Shown: positions 58,529-64,000 of the stretch, one piece after another | Position numbering within the stretch: position 1 is the first letter of the stretch | Layout of the letters: the number at the start of each line of letters is the position of its first letter | Assembly: GCA_050124835.1 (NCBI GenBank) | Contig: JASFEM010000002.1 | Coordinates: forward strand, 794 to 64,793 | Length of the DNA: 64,000 bases | Direction: 5' to 3' | DNA from: Syntrophobacterales bacterium | GTDB lineage: Bacteria > Desulfobacterota > Syntrophobacteria > BM002 | Program-made: the position numbers and the translations under genes | The notes under the pieces: model-generated | What the model saw: only the letters and a program-made list of their open reading frames with translations | What the model was told of the DNA's origin: nothing | Database searches by the model: none

Positions 58529-59752
58529 TATTACTTCAACAACCTCTCCTGCATAAAGTCCCTCGGCATGACGATGAATACGGACGAGACCGTCGGCGTG
58601 CACCAGAGTGGAAATCAGCGCGGATTCTCCGAAAATGGGATCGGCCTCGAGATTTCCGTCCTTTTCTCGCAACTTCACCCGGATGAAATCTTCCCTTCCC
58701 TGCTTGGAGGCTACATTCCGACTTAGTCGGGCCTGGACCGGCCTACCCTCTCCAAGTGACAGTGTAGTCCCACTGAGATGGGACATGAAGGGGCGCACCA
58801 GCACCTGGAAAACAACCATTGCCGAGGCCACATGCCCGGGAAGCCCCCAGAAAGCTTTTTCACTGGTCTGTACCAGGAGGGTGGGCTTGCCTGGGCTTAT
58901 TGCGACACCGTGAACCAGAACTGCACTATCGTCGAATGAACCGAGGACTTCCAAAGTAAGATCCCGGGTGCCCACCGAGGATCCGCCTGAGATAAGGCAG
59001 ATATCAGCTTGATTCAGCGCCTCCTGACACTTCTCTTTCATCGCTTGGAATTGATCAGGAGCCAAACCCAGCTGCACCGGCTCTCCTCCCCAATTTACAA
59101 CCATGGCAGCCAGGCTGTGGGAATTGATATCACGCAGTTCGCCAGGCCGGGGCTCTTGTTCCATGGGAACAATTTCATCACCGGTGCTGATGATTGCCAC
59201 CTTTGGCTTCTGCCTTACTCTGATACTCTGCTGACCGAGCCCGGCAAGCAGTCCGATTTCCTGTGCCCGCAGTCGTTTTCCTGCTTGCAATACCTCCTGA
59301 CCGGCTCGAAAGTCGTCGCCCGGTCGGACCACGTTTTCCAGCGGGGCTACACTGCGGCTGACGGCCACGCTTCTCTGGTCCAACTCTTCGGTGTATTCCA
59401 CCATCACCACACTGTCCGCTCCCGCAGGAATCATACCCCCAGTGGGAATCCTGGCCGCCTTCCCATTTCTCAGTTCAAAGGCAGGGGTCTCCCCCATTCC
59501 CACCTCTCCGGTAATCTCTAAAAGGGAAGGCAAACTCTCTGATGCGCCGAAGGTATCTTTGGCCCGGACAGCGTAACCATCAACGGTAGACCGGGTGAAA
59601 GCCGGGAGGTCCTCATTGGCAACAATTGGCTCTGCCAGCACTCGGCTCAATGCCTGACGAATGTGAATTTCCTCAGAAGGAAGGAGGGGGAAACGTTGAA
59701 ATTCGTCCCACACTTCTTCACGCGTTTTTACCTTGAAAAAACCGGTTTTCAC
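58520..59752 (-). CDS. moeA: Molybdopterin molybdotransferase MoeA (second paralog, canonical length)
   Basis: TVDGYAVRAKDT...RIPTGGMIP motifs. Confidence 0.9.
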   Translation of the reverse strand: MKTGFFKVKTREEVWDEFQRFPLLPSEEIHIRQALSRVLAEPIVANEDLPAFTRSTVDGYAVRAKDTFGASESLPSLLEITGEVGMGETPAFELRNGKAARIPTGGMIPAGADSVVMVEYTEELDQRSVAVSRSVAPLENVVRPGDDFRAGQEVLQAGKRLRAQEIGLLAGLGQQSIRVRQKPKVAIISTGDEIVPMEQEPRPGELRDINSHSLAAMVVNWGGEPVQLGLAPDQFQAMKEKCQEALNQADICLISGGSSVGTRDLTLEVLGSFDDSAVLVHGVAISPGKPTLLVQTSEKAFWGLPGHVASAMVVFQVLVRPFMSHLSGTTLSLGEGRPVQARLSRNVASKQGREDFIRVKLREKDGNLEADPIFGESALISTLVHADGLVRIHRHAEGLYAGEVVEVIGI

Positions 59753-59993
59753 GGCACTCTTCGTATTTCTTTAGGCGATTTGTATAAGAAAATTTCTTAT
59801 ACCATGGAGAGATCTGGGTAACAACAGTTTTTGGGGACAGGTAGAATGTGGTCAAAATGGGCATAAAAAACAGTGAAAAAACAGGGGACGTCCATGAAAT
59901 TGTGCCTTTCTTTTGGGTCTTTTAAATCGGCCCAATATATTGTCGTAAGAAAGTCAAAATTTTATGGACGTCCCCTGATGGTGTAAAATATCT

Positions 59994-60140
59994 TTAGTCG
60001 GTGCACTCGACGCACAAACCTTCCTCATTAAGGCATCCATCACAATGCATACGGCGGCAAACTCTACACTCTTGGTTCGCTAAGATGTCATCCTTGTCAT
60101 GTACTTCACCACACGCTACACAAGCGAAATCCTCAGCCAT
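59994..60140 (-). CDS. Small Cys-rich protein (48 aa, four CxxC pairs)
   Basis: Not in the ORF track (<60 aa). MAEDFACVACGEVHDKDDILANQECRVCRRMHCDGCLNEEGLCVECTD. The + strand ORF 60001-60189 is its antisense shadow. Confidence 0.45.
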   Translation of the reverse strand: MAEDFACVACGEVHDKDDILANQECRVCRRMHCDGCLNEEGLCVECTD

Positions 60141-60392
60141 GATTTCACCCCCTTCCATTTATTTACTTAGAAAAATAGGTATGAATTAGGTTGCTGTCAA
60201 TAGCAGCAGTTGAATGAACAACTGTGGCTAAGCGAGGGGGCAAGTCTGCTTTTAGATTTGAAATTACAGATTGACTTTATAGTTTTTTCGAACTTGCGCA
60301 AACGTAAAATAGTTTTATATTATAATTGCTTGTCAATACTGAAAAACTTGATACGACCATGGATGGCCACTTTTTTCGAATAGGAAGGTGAT

Positions 60393-62036
60393 ATGAATAT
60401 TCCACAAGATCCACATTCCCGCTCACAGAGTCCTATCCCACAAGAGGTTCAACATCAGCTGAGACTGGTGTTGGATCAATTGCCAAACACCGTACCCCTT
60501 TATCTCTTTACCAAAGAAGGCGTAAATAATATTTACAATCAGGCCGCAAAAGAAGTGGTTCAAGCCTTTGCCCAACTCGGCGACAAAATCCAATTGCGAG
60601 AATTGACTCTCGATGATGAACTCGCCACGAAATGGGAAGTTGATGTCTCCCCCACCATCCTTTTCGACCCCGAGCATTATGCGATCCGTTTTCTCGGCGC
60701 CCCAATGGGTGAAGAAGGGAGGACCCTTCTGGAAGCCGTCGTCCTTATCGGACTTCGGAAAAGCAACCTCAGTGAACAGTCACTCAAGGTAATAGAAAAC
60801 ATCAACTCGCCACGTAAGGTGAAAATTTTCTCCAGTCCCACCTGCCCTTACTGCCCACAACAGGCGGTCAATGGTCTAAAGGCGGCAATTGCCAAACCCG
60901 AATTCATTTCTCTAGAGATTATTGACATTCAAGCAAATCCCCATCTTGCCGAACTTTATTCTGCCCACAGTGTTCCCCAGACCTTCGCCAACGATATTCT
61001 GATTGCCCAAGGAGCTCAGCCCGAGGAGCTTTTTATTCTTTCTCTGGAAAAAATGCAGGAACAAGCCGTATTCATTCCAGATATTGACGCGGAAGTCGTG
61101 GAGAACGATCTGGTGATCGTGGGTGGAGGACCGGCAGGACTTACTGCCGGCATCTATGCGGTGCGCAGCGGTCTTCAGACAGCGGTGGTGGAAAGGGACA
61201 CACTTGGGGGGCAATTGGCAACAACTCCTCTAGTAGAAAACTATCCCGGTTTCACCCAGGTGGGAGGGAAGGCGCTGGTTGACTTGCTCGTGAGTCATGC
61301 GCTGGAATATGTGACTATTTTCCAGGGAGAGGAAGTAATGGAGGTTCAGCCCGAAGAGGGGCTTACCGTCATTACCAGCAGACGCCGTTTCAAGACCAAG
61401 GCAGTTCTTCTGGCTACAGGAGCAACTCACAAACACCTGGGAGTCCCTGGCGAGTCCCGGCTCTCAGGCCGCGGTGTCACCTACTGTAGCACGTGTGACG
61501 GGCCATTATTTCAAAATAAAAAGGTTATCATGGTGGGGGGTGGCAACAGTGCCGTCACTGAAGCGCTTTATCTACATAATATTGGTGCGCACGTCACGGT
61601 GGTACATCGGCGCGACACCTTTAGGGCTCAGGAGCATTTGACCCAATATCTCTTCTCTGCAAACATACCCGTTCTCTGGAATACAGAGGTTAAAGAGATC
61701 ATGGGTGAGGACAAGGTGAGGGAGGTTCTCCTCTACAACAACGCTACTGAGGAGACCCGAACGATGCCCGTAGACGGGGTTTTTATTGCTATTGGCTATC
61801 TGCCCGCGGTGGAGTTGGCGAAAAGACTGGAGGTAAAACTCACAGAAGATGGCTTCATCAAGCGTGATGAACATCACCGGACCAATGTTCCCGGCATTTA
61901 TTCCGCCGGGGACGTGGAGGGTGGCTACAAGCAGATAGTGACCGCAGTGGGTCAGGGTGCCGAGGCCGCCCTGAGCATATACGAAGACCTGATGAATCCT
62001 TACTGGCTGAAAAAGCGATCTGTTAAAACCGGTTGA
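60393..62036 (+). CDS. AhpF-like NAD(P)H disulfide reductase: N-terminal thioredoxin-fold domains (CPYC) fused to a thioredoxin-reductase-type flavoprotein
   Basis: SSPTCPYCPQ; GGGPAG FAD motif; redox-active CSTCDG; second Rossmann GGGNSA. Confidence 0.8.
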   Translation: MNIPQDPHSRSQSPIPQEVQHQLRLVLDQLPNTVPLYLFTKEGVNNIYNQAAKEVVQAFAQLGDKIQLRELTLDDELATKWEVDVSPTILFDPEHYAIRFLGAPMGEEGRTLLEAVVLIGLRKSNLSEQSLKVIENINSPRKVKIFSSPTCPYCPQQAVNGLKAAIAKPEFISLEIIDIQANPHLAELYSAHSVPQTFANDILIAQGAQPEELFILSLEKMQEQAVFIPDIDAEVVENDLVIVGGGPAGLTAGIYAVRSGLQTAVVERDTLGGQLATTPLVENYPGFTQVGGKALVDLLVSHALEYVTIFQGEEVMEVQPEEGLTVITSRRRFKTKAVLLATGATHKHLGVPGESRLSGRGVTYCSTCDGPLFQNKKVIMVGGGNSAVTEALYLHNIGAHVTVVHRRDTFRAQEHLTQYLFSANIPVLWNTEVKEIMGEDKVREVLLYNNATEETRTMPVDGVFIAIGYLPAVELAKRLEVKLTEDGFIKRDEHHRTNVPGIYSAGDVEGGYKQIVTAVGQGAEAALSIYEDLMNPYWLKKRSVKTG

Positions 62037-62101
62037 AGTTTAACCACCGAAATCAGAGCTGCCTTTAGAACCATTGAGGTGCAATGTGATATGTGAGTGC
62101 C

Positions 62102-62392
62102 CTAGTCTTTCTCTCTTGGTGGCAAGTGCACCGGGATTCCTGCGGCGACCTTGGCCGCCTCCATTATGACTTCCGAAAGGATGGGATGAGGGTGGGTAGT
62201 CACCAGGAGGTCTTCGAGTGTGGCGCCCATCTCCAGAGCCAGAGTGGACTCGGCAATCATTTCAGATGCCTGCGGTCCTACCATCCCCACCCCCAGAATC
62301 AGACCGGATTCAGGCTCAGAGAGGATTTTCACTAGGCGATCAGCCGCCCCAGAGTCCGCGCTCGCCATAAAGCTTCCCCAACCAACGGCCAA
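62102..62392 (-). pseudogene. Remnant of a dihydrolipoamide-dehydrogenase-type gene: only the C-terminal dimerisation domain is present
   Basis: GVGMVGPQASEMIAE...LEMGATLEDL...THPHPILSEVIMEAA matches the Pyr_redox_dim domain. No FAD/NAD domains lie upstream; a DsrC-like gene begins 4 bp away. Confidence 0.5.
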
Positions 62393-62396
62393 GGAT

Positions 62397-62744
62397 CTAC
62401 TCTATCTCATGCCGAATACGGGCAATCGCATCAGGAGTCGGCTTTGGAAGACCGGCAATCTTCCAAGCCTGGAGGGGATCTATAAACTCCTCGTATAGAC
62501 ACTGATCGGCCTGATGGACATTCTTACAAACGTATCGAACAATGGGAAAGGATTGGAAACGGTTATAGTAGTCTCTCATGAACTTTAAGATCTCCATCCT
62601 ATCCGTGGTGAGATCGCAATCGTCCACACCCTCCACCGTCTGAGTCAAAGCACAAGCAACCTTCTCGTTCCAGTCATCAGTGTTGAGTAGGTAACCTTCG
62701 TCATCTACTTCGATGGTTAGATCATCATATTGAATCGTACGCAT
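62397..62744 (-). CDS. TusE/DsrC-family protein with non-canonical C-terminus (no conserved Cys pair)
   Basis: DsrC fold signature ...RDYYNRFQSFPIVRYVCKN...KIAGLPKPT, but it ends PDAIARIRHEIE instead of GCV / KCI. Confidence 0.7.
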   Translation of the reverse strand: MRTIQYDDLTIEVDDEGYLLNTDDWNEKVACALTQTVEGVDDCDLTTDRMEILKFMRDYYNRFQSFPIVRYVCKNVHQADQCLYEEFIDPLQAWKIAGLPKPTPDAIARIRHEIE

Positions 62745-62965
62745 TTTGTTCCTCCTTTATTAGCAGATTTGTTGATCTCTTCAGTTAACCCCGCTGAGCA
62801 TTTCACAAGAAAAAGTTGGCCCAATTCTAATTTATTTTCTCTGCCCACTTGTAGCTGTAAATAAAACTACGGATAATAATAATCATAATAATTCCTATTG
62901 CCATGGTCGACTATTAGAAAAATTTATTACTGGAGAAAGAGCTGACTCAAAGAGATCACCCCAGA

Positions 62966-63047
62966 GGATTTCAGATTTGAGATTGCAGATCGCGGATTGC
63001 AGATTTAGGGATTGAGGGATTTTGGATTTGGGATTGCAAATTGCCGA
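62966..63047. repeat. Heptamer-family repeat (GATTGCA / GGATTTG units)
   Basis: cagattt gagattg cagatcg cggattg cagattt agggattg agggattt tggattt gggattg caaattg ccgatta. Confidence 0.85.
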
Positions 63048-64000
63048 TTATTCCTTGACCAGTGTTTCCTCAAGGAAGAGGCAAGCAAGGAAGGCAACGA
63101 GGCCGCACAGAAAAAGGACAAAGAAGGCCTGCTGGTAACCAGCCAGGGTAAATTTCCCCTCAATGCGTCCGCCCCGTTCTAGAAGATACCCCAGCAAGGG
63201 TTGAAAAACTGCCCCTCCCGCAAAAGGGAAAAGGTTGACCAGCCCTGTCGATGTTCCGGCCATCTGCACAGGAAAAAGCTCCTTGGTGGTGGTAAAGCCG
63301 ACGACCACAATGGCACTGGAGAAGATGCCGAGACCCAGGCAAATAAGGTAAAGGGTCACATGAGAGAGATCTTCCGTGTAGAAAGCCAAAAGGGCAGTGA
63401 TACAGAGCACGAGGAAGCTGGAGAGCACCAGTACCGGTTTTCTCCCTTGGAATATTCGGTTGGAGAGGAAGCTCACCAGGGGGCTTCCCACGATCATGCC
63501 GATGGCTAGCATGGAGAGGATCTGGCCCGCCTGGGCCTTTGTCAACCCATAAATTTGCATAAGGTAGGGGCCACCCCAAAGCCCGCCAAAGGAGAAGAAA
63601 ATCGCGCAATCGAAAAAGAACCAGATCGCCACTGGCCAGAATCGGGGGTAGGTGAATACTTTTTTCATCCCCTCCAGGAGTCCAATTGACTCCTGACTGA
63701 CTCCAATAGACTCTGATGGTGAGGGCCAGCCGAGATCTGCGGGGCGGTCTCTCACAAAAGACCAGACCAGTAGGGCCATAACCAAAGTAAAGATTCCCAC
63801 GATCACAAAAGAAAAACGCCAACCAATCCATGTGCTCAGCAGGGCTAGTGGAGTGGCAGCAGTGAGCACGCCTAAACCTCCCATGGCCATGAGAATGCCG
63901 GTCATGGTAGCAAACTCTCTGATGCGGAACCATTCTGCCAGCACCTTCATGGTCGGCACAAAGAGCATGGAGACACCCAATCCGACCAGTGTCCTTCCCA
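63048..64000 (-). CDS. MFS transporter, C-terminal part (gene continues beyond window end)
   Basis: Hydrophobic, multi-TM, MFS-like loop motifs. Only ~310 aa are in the window, so the N-terminal half is probably off-window. Confidence 0.7.
   Translation of the reverse strand, partial: GRTLVGLGVSMLFVPTMKVLAEWFRIREFATMTGILMAMGGLGVLTAATPLALLSTWIGWRFSFVIVGIFTLVMALLVWSFVRDRPADLGWPSPSESIGVSQESIGLLEGMKKVFTYPRFWPVAIWFFFDCAIFFSFGGLWGGPYLMQIYGLTKAQAGQILSMLAIGMIVGSPLVSFLSNRIFQGRKPVLVLSSFLVLCITALLAFYTEDLSHVTLYLICLGLGIFSSAIVVVGFTTTKELFPVQMAGTSTGLVNLFPFAGGAVFQPLLGYLLERGGRIEGKFTLAGYQQAFFVLFLCGLVAFLACLFLEETLVKE

Noticed and set aside
60001-60189. 62-aa plus-strand ORF
   Set aside because: The opposite strand encodes a far more plausible 48-aa protein with four CxxC pairs. 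The plus ORF is its antisense.
63160-63933. 257-aa minus-strand ORF in an alternative frame of the MFS gene
   Set aside because: The His/Arg/Pro-rich translation is typical of an off-frame reading of GC-rich membrane-protein DNA. The other frame gives a clean multi-TM MFS protein.

Overview
This 64-kb window is a chromosomal region of about 52% GC carrying mostly housekeeping and anaerobic-metabolism genes. The gene content (hyp maturation genes, futalosine-pathway mqn genes, a DsrC/TusE-like gene, two moeA paralogs) suggests a deltaproteobacterial / Desulfobacterota-type anaerobe; that is inference only. The window contains dnaA on the minus strand at 44890-46260 and, upstream of it, an 820-bp AT-rich non-coding stretch (46261-47084) that is the best candidate for oriC. 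Genes recognised, in order: a TAXI-type TRAP transporter and an RpiR regulator next to a glutamine-synthetase-family enzyme and a KamA-family radical-SAM aminomutase, which together look like a possible uncharacterised beta-amino-acid module; kdsB, carA, carB, purF, kdsD; an M48 protease with TPR repeats; queD translationally coupled to a zinc-ribbon gene, behind a structured leader; tRNA-Met(CAT); an IHF/HU-family gene; ppsA and ppsR with an archaeal-type UPF0146 gene between them; a PAC2-family protein; purB; an L,D-transpeptidase; a creatininase-family gene overlapping a U32 peptidase gene; mqnB-like, an RND efflux pair, and an mqnD-family gene; a GlcD/GlcF-like oxidoreductase pair; ddl; hypA, hypB, hypF, hypD, hypE (no hypC seen); a DUF1992 protein; a GAF + HD-GYP protein; two moeA paralogs, one fused to a PBP-like domain; an AhpF-like reductase; a DsrC/TusE-like protein that lacks the C-terminal cysteines, sitting next to a truncated lpd remnant; and a partial MFS transporter. 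The most unusual feature, visible directly in the sequence, is a family of degenerate heptanucleotide tandem repeats with GATTnnn / nnnAATC, GGATTTC and TAGTCCC cores. These fill at least 18 intergenic spacers, including spacers that split the hyp operon and that flank dnaA, and some copies share identical 18-mers. No CRISPR array, transposase, integrase, rRNA gene or obvious defence island was recognised.
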